Shown here: positions 36,603 to 49,939 of the stretch, piece after piece | Position numbering within the stretch: the stretch's first letter is position 1 | Layout: the number at the start of each line of letters is the position of its first letter | Assembly (NCBI RefSeq): GCF_018350175.1 | Contig: NC_058368.1 | Span: 4,650,001-4,714,000 of the forward strand | DNA from: Felis catus | Taxonomy: Eukaryota | Direction of reading: 5' to 3' | DNA length: 64,000 bases | Translations under genes and position numbers: made by a program | Notes under the pieces: model-generated | What the model was told of the DNA's origin: nothing | What the model saw: only the letters and a program-made list of their open reading frames with translations | Database searches by the model: none

Positions 36603-38443
36603 TAAAGCACACAGTACTTTAACACCCTTTTCTTCAGCATGCACTGGCTTTCTTTTCACTTTTACTAGGCAACTCCTCCCCAGAGTGTAACAAATCCCAT
36701 CGAGGCTATTAATACCTTTCTTCTCCGACGTGTAAATTAAGGATTATAGGAAGTATCTATCTCCCAGTCTTTCTCTGTTCCTAGCACAAATCTAGCTATA
36801 CAAATGCTGTTTTTCAGGCTGGCCTCTACCCTCTGACTCTTCTTCCTGGGCCCTGGCATTGCTTTCTCTACATCTCTTAACATTTCACTGGGCTTATGTC
36901 CTCTGTGTACTCAAATTAACCAAGAACACCGTAAGAGGAATGCTATAGTCAGCTTCTTGGGACTGCATTAGTCTTTGCCTCTGAAGGGACATGCTTTAAA
37001 CATTGTCCAAAGACTGCAAAGTCCGTGTTGGGCTGGAATCCTCAAGCTATTTTACAATGCCATGGCTGTTACAGAGACAGCCCTACCTAATACCATTAAG
37101 AGAAGAAAAGAAATCTGATCACCACCTATTGTCCAGTTAGTCGGGATTTTGTGGCCATTCTAACAGATCAAATTCCTCCAAAGCAGTAGGATTTATACAT
37201 TTTAATCAAGTAACCTGTCCATGCCTTTCTACACTCTCTCTTCACGAGCATCACCAATACCCAAACTGGAGTCATGTCAGCATTGCCGCGAGCTGAGAAG
37301 AAGGTGACTGGTACAGGTCTCCTTTGACTTGCCTGGTTTTGAATAGTGGCCCATTGTGGCGAATGGCTGCACGCTTAACGCTGCCTATGTTTACACTGCC
37401 CCTTTCCTCTCCACTTTCTGCCACCTCATCCCAACCCAAAGGACACCCATCTCCTCATCTCCTGTGAGGTCACAGCTCTGTTAAAATGTCAGTCTAAAAG
37501 TGGGCAGGAATGAAGGCTCTCAGGAGAGGGGTCAGCACCTTAAGTCTGAAAGCGAGCTCCGGCCAGGAACTGGGAGACAAGGGCAGGGAGGCCAAGAGCC
37601 AGAAATGAGCTTGTCATCCATGGTCCAAACACTGCCACCAAAGGAGCCTGGAAGCACGGTCTCTGTGCCTACACCCAGGGCCAGCCTGGGAACGGGGAAC
37701 AGGATCTCAGCGGCAGCTGCAGCCGACCGGCGAGCCACATGCAGGTGCCAATGAGGGGCAGGATCACAGCCACCTGCAGGGACCGGGGGACCTCCACCAG
37801 CGACTCAGCCATGCCGGAACGAAGCCTTCCTGGGCTGGCCCGGCACAGCTGGTGCCGTAAAGCAGCCGAACAGGATGGTCATCCTGCTGTGCCCAACCCT
37901 TGTCAAACAAGATGCCTTCCATGCAGCACCCGGCAGCGTACCTGGGGCTCGGTGCTGAGTCACATGGTTCACGTTCTGTGCCCTTGTCCTTTTGGCTTAG
38001 GAGGTAGAGCTTACAGGCATTCTTTATTTGTCCATCTCGATGCGGGAAGAGGTTGGAGGAAGGTGGGTATCTGCTCTCTTCACCTTGGTATGATGTTCCC
38101 ACAGGATGGGAAACACGTGGCAAAATGGATCACGGAATCAGACCGATGTGGGTTCAGATCCTAACTCGCCCACAGACAGTCATATGACCAGAAGCAGGAG
38201 GCTCAATGTCTCTGGGAACCGAGTTTCTACTCTGCAAAGTAAGGATAATAATGGCCTCACAAGGCTAGGATTAGGGTTTCCTGGGATAGAGCACTCACGG
38301 CTCACGGATGACACAAGTCTGAGATTCAGTGAGAAGCTGCCTCCCCACCCCCACCCATCGTGTGCTAAGAGCCTTTTCTGGCCGAGCCTGGACCAGACAT
38401 GACCTTATCTAATTTCAGGGCCACCACACGAAATAGGTATGAT

Positions 38444-38605
38444 TGGGATGCCTGGTGGCTCAGTCGGTTGAGCGTCCAACTCTTGATCTCAGGTTCATGA
38501 GATTGAGCCCCACATCAGGCTCTGTGCAGAGCCTGCTTGGGTTCTCTCTCCCTCTCTCTCTGCCCCTCCCCGCCTCAATAAATTAATAAACGTTAAAAAA
38601 AAAAA
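38444..38605 (+). mobile_element. Can-SINE (older, internally deleted)
   Basis: TSD gaaataggtatgatt / gaaatatgtatgatt. Confidence 0.9.
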
Positions 38606-39802
38606 GAAATATGTATGATTATTCCCATCTTACGGGTGAGGAAATCAGATAAACAACTTACTTCAAGAGATCTGGCCAGAGAACAAAGCATTGAAGCTCC
38701 ATGTTTCCAACCCCCATTTTAAGCCCTTCCTCCACTTTTGGGGGCCATTTCAGAACTTCTGGGACTATCCCACTGCGAGATGTGGCATCAAGTTGCCAGA
38801 ACATTTCTAAAAAGAGTAACCCCCCCGTGTTGGGTGTTCTATGCTTTCATCTGGCGGGGTGTTTTGAGCAAAGTGTGGGTGCCACTGGGACATCCCCACA
38901 CTCAGGCAACACATCTCTCTTTATAATTGGCCTCACTGCTCAAAAGCCTGGGAAGAAAGACCACAACTTGGAAAACAACAGCTTTTTAAGTTTAGAAAAC
39001 ACGTTTTTTGTTTTTTTTTCTGCCTTGGGTCATTCGTCTTTTAAAAATAGAACCCAGCACCAACTGATTCATAAGTGTAAGAGTATATTAATGATAGCAC
39101 TGCCGGGTGCTGAGGATTGTTACCTACACAACACTTCCGTTCTGATGCCCTCCCCTCTTCTCCTCATTCCATCTACCACGTATTTGTTTTTTTGTCTTAT
39201 TTTGCTTTTTAAATACTAGAGAACATGTGGAGAGGAAAAAGAGCAAGCAAGAAGGGGAAGGCAGAAAAGGCACCATAGTATCCTTCCCAGATCTTTAGAC
39301 ACTTGCAACTGCCTTAAACATGAAGGACTTTCTAGACATTCTACTGCAGGTCCCAGTGACTCTCTACCTGGAGGTGTTCTCGGGTTTGGCATGGGCCAGA
39401 ATTCCAGAAAAAAAGTGCCCTGGGAGCAGCCCTCGTGCGATGACAGCTAGGGGCTGCAGATTAAACGCCTCAGTCTTCTTCCCTCTCTTGCTGCCCTGCC
39501 ACCAGATAAGTGACCTAGACTCAAATCGTGATCTCAGCGGCTTCTGGATGAGCCCAACCTAAGAAGCAGTTTGTAATCAGTCGAAGCCTGGGAACGGACT
39601 GCCAGCTGTCTCAGCAGCAAAAGGCCCCTGGTTGACGATGAATCTACTAACAGGGTAAAGAGAAAGCATGTCTGCTCCATCTTCTCCCCAATGTCCCCAG
39701 AGGCAGGGAAACGCACGGTCTTCGAAGGGGATCTTTCCATAGATCATGATTCCAAACTAAGTCGTTAAGGGATATATATGCCAAATCCCTAAGAAATACA
39801 GA

Positions 39803-39814
39803 GGGGGGGGGGGA

Positions 39815-39875
<61 letters not shown>

Positions 39876-39895
39876 TATACATGTATATATATACA
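39803..39895. repeat. Poly-G / (TA)n / (CA)n compound microsatellite
   Basis: Seen directly. Confidence 0.9.
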
Positions 39896-39979
39896 TTTAG
39901 GGAGTAATTATCTTTTAAGGAGCAAATTCCCACACTCACACAAAACGTGAATGTGAATTTTTTTTTTACAGATACTGAG

Positions 39980-40428
39980 AAGGGCGCAGTACCTTCTGTG
40001 GCATTTCTGCCCAAAATGCATACCCTCCGCCTAACGTGAGGAAACATCAGAGAAATCCAAATTGAGGGGATAACTGGCTGGTGCCCTTTGAAAGTGTCAA
40101 GGTCATGAAAGACACAGAAAGACTGAAGAAGGGGAATGGTTTGGAGCAAACACTTTAGTTTGACAACTGAATGTAATGCGGGGTGTTGGATTGGATCCTC
40201 GACCAGAAAGAGGACATGAGTGGGAAAAATGGTAAATTCTGAATAAAGCCTGCAGGTTAGTAAAAACAGTGTTGAATCAATGTCAGTATCCCGGTTTGGG
40301 TCATCGTGCTGTGGCTGTGTTAGACGTTAACATTAGGGAAGCTGTTGAAGGATACACAGGAACTCTGTACTATTTTTACCACATCTTTGTCAGTGTAAAA
40401 TTATTTTAACATAAAGGTTAAAAAAAGC
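39980..40428 (+). mobile_element. L1MC3/4-like 3' fragment
   Basis: gaggaaacatcagagaaatccaaattgagggg..aaagtgtcaaggtcatgaaagac..gttaacattagggaagctg. Confidence 0.8.
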
Positions 40429-41031
40429 ATCCCCTACAAATGATTAACACTGTCAAAATTGCTCTAAGCCCAGGACTGTGAATCATAACTGGAAAAAACT
40501 TGGATTTTTTTTGGTAAAAAGCGAAAAAAAAAAGGGGGGGGGATTGGGAAACACTGCCTGGTCTACCTTTTATAATCACACACAAGCTGGAACATCCAGA
40601 GTAGAATTTCTAAGTCATAGCTCACTCTTGCAAACAGTGTTTTTAAGGGGTTGTTTCTACCAAGTTCATCTGAGATTCTTGAGCCACGTGGGTAAATAGC
40701 TACGTGAAGACCTAACACCCCATGTGCCAGCGCAAGTTAGAGGGCAGTTCTGAAGACAAGGAAAATACCAGACTTCCCCAAACTGGTGGTTAGTTGGGTC
40801 TGACAGAACACATTATTGTCCCGACACAGGAATTAGAAAAAAAAAAAAAAAAAATCGACGGTGTTCACTTTTTTCTTCTCCAACTGAGGCTCCACAGTTG
40901 GTGAGATAAAACTTTTATAGGCTGCCCTGTTTGTAACCTGCTTAATGAACATCCATTAAATACCACCTGTATACAAGGCACTAAGGCTGCAAAAATAAAA
41001 AGAACTCAAACCATTTCCTCATGAAGTATTC

Positions 41032-41132
41032 ATTTTTTTTTTTAAGCAATCTCTATACCCAACATGGGGCTCAAACTCACAACCCCAAGATCGAGAGTCA
41101 CAGGCTCTACCGACTGAGCCGGCCAGGCACCT
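41032..41132 (-). mobile_element. Short Can-SINE
   Basis: gggctcaaactcacaaccccaagatcgagagtc..gactgagccggccaggcacc; TSD tgaagtattcat. Confidence 0.85.
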
Positions 41133-41898
41133 CTGAAGTATTCATGTTCCAACAGAGGCTACCTTCATTACGTTATATTAACTCTTTAATAGCTTATCAG
41201 TAAAACACTTAGAAAATTAGCCCGGATTTTGTGGGCCCACTGCCTCATTATATCATCATTTTGGGCTTTTTCACTTCAGTGAGCTGCAGAGATCCACAAA
41301 CAATACCTAGCTTAATTTTAGTCCTGAATGTTTAATAAACCGCAGATAGTCGTTTCACAAGGACCTACACACAAACAGAAATACAAATAAAACCAAACTT
41401 TTCAACAAGCACATCTGACCTCAGCAGAGAGAGGCTGACTCTGGATCTTTCTACATCTGACCCTATTTGTATTGGGTTCCGGAATCTCTCACCCCAGGTC
41501 CCACCAACTCTCTTGTTTAGAAAGCGCTTTGAAGATGAAAATTCTATAGTTGAATCACTAGTTTCACTTCCAACATCAATGAGTCCTTTATATTTGGAAA
41601 ATATCCTCTCTTCCTGTGGAAAGAACAAAGTGTGGATTGATTATCTGAGCATCTCAGCATCTGACAGAGTTCTAGACCTTCCCCAAATCCAACACAGTAT
41701 TCAAGGATAACAATGCTTTAAATATGAACTAACTTTAACCTAAACTACCAGGCTTGTGTTTAGTAACCATAAAGCTGGAGAGCCGTTTACCCGTTTACCC
41801 CTACAAACATAGACGTGAAAACAGAAGCAAATGGATTTGACTTATTATGGCCTTTGCAATCATAGGTTATTAGTCTCAGATTAGAATTAAAAGCCCTA

Positions 41899-41990
41899 GG
41901 GGCACCCGGGTGGCTCGGTCGGTTAAGTGTCTGACTTCATCTCAGGTTATGATCTCACAGTTTCTGAGTTCGAGCCCTTTATCAGGCTCG
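41899..41990 (+). mobile_element. Can-SINE 5' half only
   Basis: Head consensus stops at atcaggctc; no CT-rich body or tail. Confidence 0.85.
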
Positions 41991-42368
41991 ACGTTACCGA
42001 CTTCGGAACAAGAATAGATGATGTCAATTCAGCAAATGATTCCAAGTCACACAGCTAAGCAGCCCAGAACCAGGAAGCCACCCAAGTGCTTGACTCTATG
42101 TAGCTATGTGCTTTCTACTTTACTAGACTGGCAGAGTTGATGTTTATAATTCCAGTGGTTAGTAAGCACTGAAATCTTGAGACCTACTTTATATGTTTTT
42201 CAAATTCAAATAGTTTAAAATTTCAAACACATAACTTTCTCCGTTACCTTGATGTAACAGATGGTAATAAACCTACACAGATTGTCCTCAGATTCTGTCA
42301 CTCACCTGCCAGTTTTCTGCTCTTTCCCCATCAGAAGAGCCTTCCGCTCATATTTTCTTTTCCAGTAT

Positions 42369-43186
42369 TGTTGTGAGCTGAAAGGTACCACCCCTCAAAA
42401 GAAAATAGGTTTAAGTCCTAATAATGCCTTAGACCTTATTTAAAAATAGGGTCCTTACACTATTATGCTGAGTGAAATAAGTCAGTCACAGAAAGACAAA
42501 TAACACGCGATTTCACTCGTGTGGAATTTGAGAATCTCAACAGATGAACACAGGGGAAGGGAAGCAAAAAGAGGATGAAAACAGAGAAGGAGGCAAACCA
42601 TAAGACACTCTTAAATAAGAACAAACTGAGGGCTGCTGGAGGGGTGGTGGGTGGGGGGAGGGGCTGAATGGATGACAGGCATGGAGGAGGGCACTTTTTG
42701 GCATGAGCACTGGGTGTCATATGTAAGAGATGAGTCACTGGGTTCGCCTGCTGAAGCCAAGACTACACTGTATGTTAACTAACTTGAATTTAAATTAAAA
42801 AAAAAATAGAAAAGAAAATAGGGTCGTTACAAATGTAGTAAAATTAAGATGAGGTCATACTGGATTAGGGTGGGTCCTAACATGGCCGGTGTCCTTCTAA
42901 GAAGAGAGGGATTTGTACAGACACCAGGGAGAAGGCTGTGTCAAGATGGAAGCAGGGGTGGGAGCGATGTGTCTACAAGTCAAGGGGCAGCCAAGATTGC
43001 TAGCAACAAGCAGAAGCTGGAAGAGGCAGGTTAGGAAAGTCCACCAGGGCCCTCACAGACAGCGTGGCTCTGCCGATACCTTAATTCAGCCTTGCAGCCT
43101 CTGGAACTGGGAGAGAACAAATTGATGTTGCGTTCAGGCACCCAGTTCATGGCAATTTATTATGACACCCCTAGGAAAGTAATCCA
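42369..43186 (+). mobile_element. MaLR solo LTR (MLT1C-like) split by a 5'-truncated L1 3' end (42460-42814)
   Basis: TG..CA ends with agtat/agcat flanks; L1 TSD aaaatagggtccttaca (42443-42459) / aaaatagggtcgttaca (42815-42831). Confidence 0.9.
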
Positions 43187-43790
43187 AGCATGTTATTAAA
43201 TAAGATGCTGAAAGCCATTAACACCCCACTAGATAGAGAATATAAAAAGATATTTTAGGACCAAAACAAACAACTGGTAAGCAACCATTGAAAAAAACAT
43301 ATTCAATGTATTGAAGCAAATGCCCATTAAAAGACCAGTGTGGTAGCTCTTTTATTCAAGTAGCAAAATTCAGCCTAATGTCAATAGTCAATGCCGGTCC
43401 AGTTGTGGGGAAATTAACAAGCTACAACCGTCTTAGAGGAAGTGTAGAATTGGTACAACCCTCCCGAGAAACAGTTTCAGGGGTACTGTCACTAGCACCT
43501 CTGGGCATCTGATGATCATGTCCCAAAGGAAGAGCGTAAAATTTCAAGAACACACAGTAACAAGAGGTAGTTGGACACATCACCAAGTGTCAGACTTCAT
43601 AAAATAGAATAGTTCAGCTGCCTGCCTCCAAGCCCTTTCTGGGTCTGACGACCCACTCTGTGATGAGGCACATAAGATGCTCAAATGAAAGTCTGAGAGT
43701 ACAGGCACTTCTTGGTAGTGCGTAATATGGCCTCTTGAGAATATTATTCTCACTTACTATCCCTTCCTGATAACACTTAAGCTGAATTTT

Positions 43791-44008
43791 GGGGCACCTG
43801 GGTGGCGCAGTCGGTTGAACATCCGACTTCGGCTCAGGTCACGATCTCGTGGTTCGTGGGTTCGAGCCCCGCGTCTGGCTCTGTGCTGACAGCTCGGAGC
43901 CTGGAGCCTGCTTCAGATTCTGGGTCTCCCTCTCTCTCTGCCCCTCCCCTGCTCATGCTCTGTCTCTCTCTCTCAAAAATAAATAAACATTCCGAAAAAA
44001 AAAAAAAT
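43791..44008 (+). mobile_element. Can-SINE (felid type)
   Basis: Full consensus; TSD acttaagctgaattt. Confidence 0.95.
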
Positions 44009-45459
44009 TACTTAAGCTGAATTTAAGGAGGCCTTATTCCAAAATCCCACTCGAGTCTTAAAACTGGTAATACAGATCTCATTCTACAAGCCTTCAGAGT
44101 AAAAGCTATTTCCTCTGTTACAGATGTAATTTCTCACAGAAGTCCTCCCCACTTTACTGAAGAGGAAACTGAGGCACCAAAACATTTTGCAGATTGAAGG
44201 GGGCCCCTGGGCTCCCTCACTGGTGGCAAAGCCGGGACTAGAACCCATGCCTTGTCATTTCAGTCTGTAGTGGTCTTGTGCTCCACCGTGACACGAGGGA
44301 AGCCTTTGCCATGACCTTTTCAAGGTTCAAAGAGACTTAGAAGCTAAGTTACTCGAGGAAACTGAAGCCCACGGAGGCTACATAACTTTGCCAGGTTCAC
44401 ACGCCAATGCCAAGGTGTTCCATCTTACATCTGTGCTGGGTGACCGTATCTCTCAAAGGTAACGGAACGTACTTCATCCAATTTCCATCAGCTCACATGG
44501 CACCTAAATCCATCCAGCGTTTCTGGACCTGCCGGGTGCCAGCCTGGCGCTGGAGGCTACTAAGCCCAGGGGGCCCAGAGGTCAACAACACTGGGGGACA
44601 CTGTGGTCCCCAAAGCCGAGCCCGTCCATTTCGCTTTGGGAGGTCTAGAATTAGAATTTATCTAATGAATTTTCTGAATATTCTAGTTATTTCTGCCCAT
44701 GATGATCATTTAAAAGTAAGGAATATTTGTGGCCTGGCGGTGAAAGACCATTTGGAACCTCAGACAAATAATTTCCTGTTAATAATCTGCTTAGGAAAAC
44801 TTCTCTCCCACACACGGGCCCAGCTGAGCTTAACGCTCCCTGAACAGCTTCTGAGGCCCACTGCTGTTTAAAGGCAACCAAGAACTTCTTAATTTGGCTC
44901 AGGAAAGTGAACACATTGTTTTCCGGAGATCCAAAGATTGATCTAAAAAGAAGTATCCCTGTCCCCACTGTCTTTCAGATTGTGCTAGGTTTGCAAACTT
45001 TTGTGAGAGAAAGAGGCTTGTCTCCGTCAGGCAAATGAATCATGCCAGAGGCTCCTAAGCTTGCCAGTGTTTACCCTCAGTAAATACCATTAGCATTTCA
45101 TTCTGTTCCCCTTTATCCTGCAGTAATTCTCAGGATCAAGCAAAAATCTCCCAGGTGGGGAAAATGAGTTCTAACTTTACTGGGAAGGTGGGAAGTGAAG
45201 CATCTTGAGTGATGGTCTTTTGTAAAAGGAACTAACTCCTAACTTAGGAGATGATTTTAACCTTGGACAAATACGATTTCATAGCACACACAGAATTTCA
45301 ACCTCCAGTAAAAATACATATTTGTCTAAGTTTGATGTGCTGCTTCCTGGCCGATTGTTGCAAATCTGAGGGAAAGAAAGGAGAGAAAGGAAAGGAGCTG
45401 GGGTTGGTTTTCATTTGGGGGTTGGTTTTTTTTTTGTTATTTTTTGGGGTGTTTTTTTT

Positions 45460-45856
45460 GGTAGTAGTTTGCTAAGGCTGCCATAACAAAGCACCACAAA
45501 CGGAGTGGCTAAAATTTTGAGCAGAATTTTGTTTTCTCACCGTCTGGAGGCCACAAGTCTAAGATCAGGGTGTTGGCAGGGTCCCTTCTGTGGGCCACGA
45601 GTGGAGCATCTGTGCCCGGCCTCTGTCCTCGGCTCAGAGATGGCCATCTTCTCCGTGTGTCTGTGTGCATCATCTTCCCTCTATATGTGTCTCTTTGTCC
45701 GGATTTTCCCTTTCTATAAGGACACCAGTCATACTGGACCTAGGCCCACCCTACTGACCTCATCTAAACTAACTATATCTGCAAGGACCCTATTTCCAAA
45801 TAAGGTCACATTTTGAGGTACTGGAGGTTTTAGAGGACACAATTCAATCCAGAACA
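45460..45856 (-). mobile_element. MaLR solo LTR (MLT1B/C-like)
   Basis: ggctgccataacaaagcaccacaaac..ataaggacaccagtcatactgga..ctatttccaaataaggtcacatt..gacacaattcaatcc. Confidence 0.85.
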
Positions 45857-48800
45857 ATGAGTGAAGCAATCCTGAGGCTCATAAACCCAGTGAACCGAGG
45901 CTTTGTATTTTATAGGCCCAGGAGGCAAGGCTGGTGCTGCAAATGGCTAGGACGGTGAGTTTCAACTAGGAAACTGCAGGTTTTCCCTCCAGGCTCTCGG
46001 AGAAACAAGGGAGGTCTGAGGGCAACACTGCTGGGCTCAGAAGGGCCAAGTCTTGTCCTTGTGGGCCACAAGCTGGCAGGTGACTTGGTGACATAATTTA
46101 CATTTCCCACAGAACATCATCTTTTGCCAAGAGTTCCGCAGTCGTCTGTATCATCTCAGTGAAACCTTACCAGGACCCCGTACGTCAGAGAGCAGCCCCC
46201 TCTCGTGGATGAGAAAGTTGAGACCCAGAGAGGTGGAGTGACCAGCTCAGGTCTTAGTTGAACAAGTACCAGGGCCAAGACTATGACCCACAGCTTCAGA
46301 CACCCAAGGCCACGTCCAGGGTTTACTTCTCCAGATCAAAGACCCAAGTTTCCCACAGATGGCAAAGGTCGCTTTCAGCTCTAAATAGAATGTCACATCT
46401 AACCTCTCATGAATCTCGGGTGAAATTTTGAGCTACTTTGCTGCCCCTTCTTATTCTATCTGCAATGGCTGAAAAGTTTGGACTCAGTAGCTGTCTTGCT
46501 GAAGAACAATGTCTCTTGGGGAGGGAAGATCCTTCAAAGAATGTTCCCGACCCCACTGAAATTCATGCATATGAGCAAGTGTGCTTGCTTTTCTGGGAAA
46601 AGGTCTTTAGTGTTTCATCATCATCTTCTAGAGGTCAGTGGTCCTTAAACCAGTAAGAACCTCGGTCTACCACAGTGACACATCCAGGGTCTCCACTGGT
46701 GTTCCCTGCTCTTCTCCCCCTAGCAACTGTCTTGTCTCCTCTCTCCTGGAAGCACGTCCCAAGGGGATCCCTTTACAGATCTACGCCTGCCTAAACTGCC
46801 ACTCTGGCAATTGGTTCAACCTCCAATTAGCAGGTGTTTCCCCACCCGCCCCTTTGATAAACCACAGGCAGAAGTTAGTCCCAGGGCTTATCTGTCCCTG
46901 AGCTGCACACCAGATCCCCCGGGATCCCAGGGCAAGACTACTCACTGGGAAGACGGCTGGCACTTGGGTATTCACGACTTGGACAGGCCCCTGAGACCAA
47001 CATAACAACTCCAGCAGGTACTGTCTACCTGCTCACTCCTTGGAAAAAGGCCCAGACATCCTAAGGTGTGTGGGGGGAATTCAGGGGGCCTGAAGCCACA
47101 ACCAATCACACGGCTTCCGAAGTTCCCTTCCCTTAGTATGCCAGGCAGGGTCTCACCCAGGCACCACTCTACCTCTGTCTTCACTTTGGACCATTTGATA
47201 CCTGCCCCTACCCACTCTCGACTTTCTGCCAGCAACCACAAATCCCACATGGCCCTGGAAAGTCTGTGCAGTCAGCCTTACACCAGGATCTGGAGCCAAC
47301 TGTCTCCCGGACCAGGAAAACTAAGAAGCTCTAGTGAAACTCCCAGGCGATGTGCTGTCTGTCTGGTCCAACACTGGGTTGCATCCTCTTCTGGAAGCCA
47401 CATCCGCACCAGATGTAGTTCCAGTGCTTATGTCCCTGGCTTCATAACTTGTCCTGTTCCCTTGCCCCTTCGGGCCAAAACTCTGCTTTCTTTTGCCATC
47501 TTCCTTTGTGTGGCCCTGAACTATTGCCTGCCCTCGGCCCCGGTTCTGTGGGTGGGGCCAGTGCCCCAGTCCCCACCATCTGCTACAGTCTCCGGAGCTC
47601 TCTGCTCAGCCTCTCCACCTGCCCACCTGTTAGGGAACCCTAGGACACCTTTTGGTCCACCCAGCACCTGTTGCTTATCCCTGGCTTAGCCCCTGCTTAT
47701 CCCATGACCTGCTTTTCTTCCCTGACCATCAGGTGTATCTAGCACCTGCCCCCCCTCAGTAGGAGGTTCCATTTCTGACTCTGTCAGTCTTCCCGGTGCC
47801 CACTGAAATGAGCCCTTCTGAAGCTGCGGGTGCTGGTGTTGAAATTTACATACAATGTTGCAGACATACAGAAATGTAACTTTGTTCCCTAAAATTGATC
47901 TCAAACGTCCTGAGAGCACAATCTCCACTGAGGGAAAAAAAAAGTGTAGCACAGTTATTGTGGCTGTAATTGGCTCTACCACATTGACTCGGTCTCTCTG
48001 GGGTGAATCCTCAGTGTTTCAAGTTTCTCTTTCCCATTCCCTGTGCACCATCTGGGCACAGGGCAGGTTTCGGGGGGCAGGAGGGGAGAGTGGCTGACCT
48101 CTGTGTTACCACCTGGTCCACACAGGCCTCACAGTCTCATCCCCTTGGTCTCTGGGCACCCATGTCTCTTGGCTACACCTGCTGCTGGACCACCCATCCA
48201 CTGGGATGTGCGGGAGTCCATCAAGGATGCTGGCTTCCCCCCCCTCCCCTCAGCGGTAACACCCACGTGTGCTGTGTCCTCTTGGCGAACACCAAGTCTT
48301 TCATGGGCCCACCAGCTCTCTTTGCTTATCTACACACCGTGATGTAGCAACTTCTGGATCCCCCACCCCCACCTCCATTTACAAGCCATGGGAACCTAGA
48401 TTGGCAAGAGGGAAGCCATCACCTACCATCTCTGCCCTAAGACAGCCACACAAATGAGAACCGGGACCAGAGCCCTCTCTGCGTTTTAGATCCCCTTCCA
48501 ACCTCCTTGGAGCTTCTAAATATCTGCTCCTCACACTGAGGGTGAAATAGTCACCCTAACAGTGCTTGGGCAGATGGACAACACACACAGACCCTGCGAT
48601 GGGGCCTCTGGAGCTGAAAGCATTCTCAGATTCAGACGGGCAGCCAGACAGTGAACCTCAGGGAACTTGGCCGGGCTAGCAGGGCACCTACCACCGGACT
48701 GGGGATCAGAGGCAAGGTTTCTGACTCCAGCGTTTGACGAATTAGCAAACGAGAGACCCAGGCACAGGGATTGTTTGAGAAAACTGGGGTCTAGTGGAAA

Positions 48801-48867
48801 TCCTACACCTCGAGATGAAGACAGAGACCTGCTCCTAGAACTGAGGCCCAAGAATAGGGCCAGAAGA

Positions 48868-49095
48868 GGGGCGCCTGGGGGGCTCGGTCAGTTGAGCGTC
48901 CCACTTTAGCTCAGGTCATGATCTCAGGGTTCGTGAGTTCAAGCCCCGCGTCGGGCTCTGCGCTGACAGCTCCGAGCCTGGAGCATGCTCCCCATTCTGT
49001 GTCTCCCTCTCTTTCTGCCCCCGCCCCCCACTCACGCTGTCTTTCTCTCTCTCAAAAATGAACAAACATTAAAAAAAAAAAAAAAAAAAAAAAAA
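48868..49095 (+). mobile_element. Can-SINE (felid type)
   Basis: Exact 18-bp TSD aagaatagggccagaaga; long A tail. Confidence 0.95.
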
Positions 49096-49485
49096 AGAAT
49101 AGGGCCAGAAGAACACAGAGCACGATGTGGGTCCATCCGTGATTTTTCTCTAGCTCTCAGCATCAAAACCAAGCTACCATATGTCCAACCATAAGCTTTT
49201 TTTTTTTCCGTGTACTAGTTTCCCGTTCATCTAACACAGTTTTGCAAGCTCTGAATCCACATGCAAATGCTAACTCCATTGTTTACCTTCCGTCTTCTCC
49301 CCCCTTCTCTGCTGTCTCTAGGAACCAGTTACCCTTTGCCAGATCGCAGTGCTAGGACATCGTTTCCTTTACGTCCCTCTTCCTGCTCAAGAACCTGCGG
49401 GGGTTCGGTCGTCAGTCCGCACCCCTCGGCCTGCGAGGGGAGGAGGCTTTTAGCAACTTCTTCCGCTGCCTCCCGCCTCCCTGCC

Positions 49486-49555
49486 TTCCCTTCCCTTCCC
49501 TTCCCTTCCCTTCCCTTCCCTTCCCTTCCCTTCCCTTCCCTTCCCTTCCCTTCCC
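49486..49555. repeat. (TTCCC)14 pentanucleotide repeat
   Basis: Seen directly. Confidence 0.95.
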
Positions 49556-49939
49556 GGAACTTCCCGCCCCGCAGCTTCAGTTCCCTCCGGCGCGTCCTAG
49601 GTTTGTCCTGCTTTCGACAATGGCAAGTACCGACTTCCGCCTCGCTTTCAGATGAAACAATTATCAGGGCCTGCTTTGTGAGGCTGGCACACAGTCACGA
49701 CAGAGGGAATGAAAATGAAAGAATCTGGCCCCGACTTCTAAGAAGTTTCCCTTTATGGGAATCCCTTGAAGTCGCCTTTCCTAGACTTCGAATTCCAAGT
49801 ACCGCATCTTCCTAATGTTTTCCCCTAAGCCCGTTCCCGTCACATTAACCCCTTTTCGTGCCTTAGTAGGAAAGGGATTAATAATACTTTATACATAACA
49901 CTATGCTTCTGAAATGTGTTCAACTAACTTTTGGACTTT

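Noticed and set aside
37333..37384. Possible minus-strand exon with GC donor (CAG|gcaagt)
   Set aside because: The acceptor has a purine-rich upstream tract, so support is too weak.
41196..41259. Minus-strand ATGATGA...CTGA pair spaced like a box C/D snoRNA
   Set aside because: No terminal stem, no clear C'/D' boxes and no rRNA guide I can recognise.
47066..47689. 207-aa plus-strand ORF
   Set aside because: GTG start, Ser/Pro-rich low-information product, and no promoter, splice or homology support.
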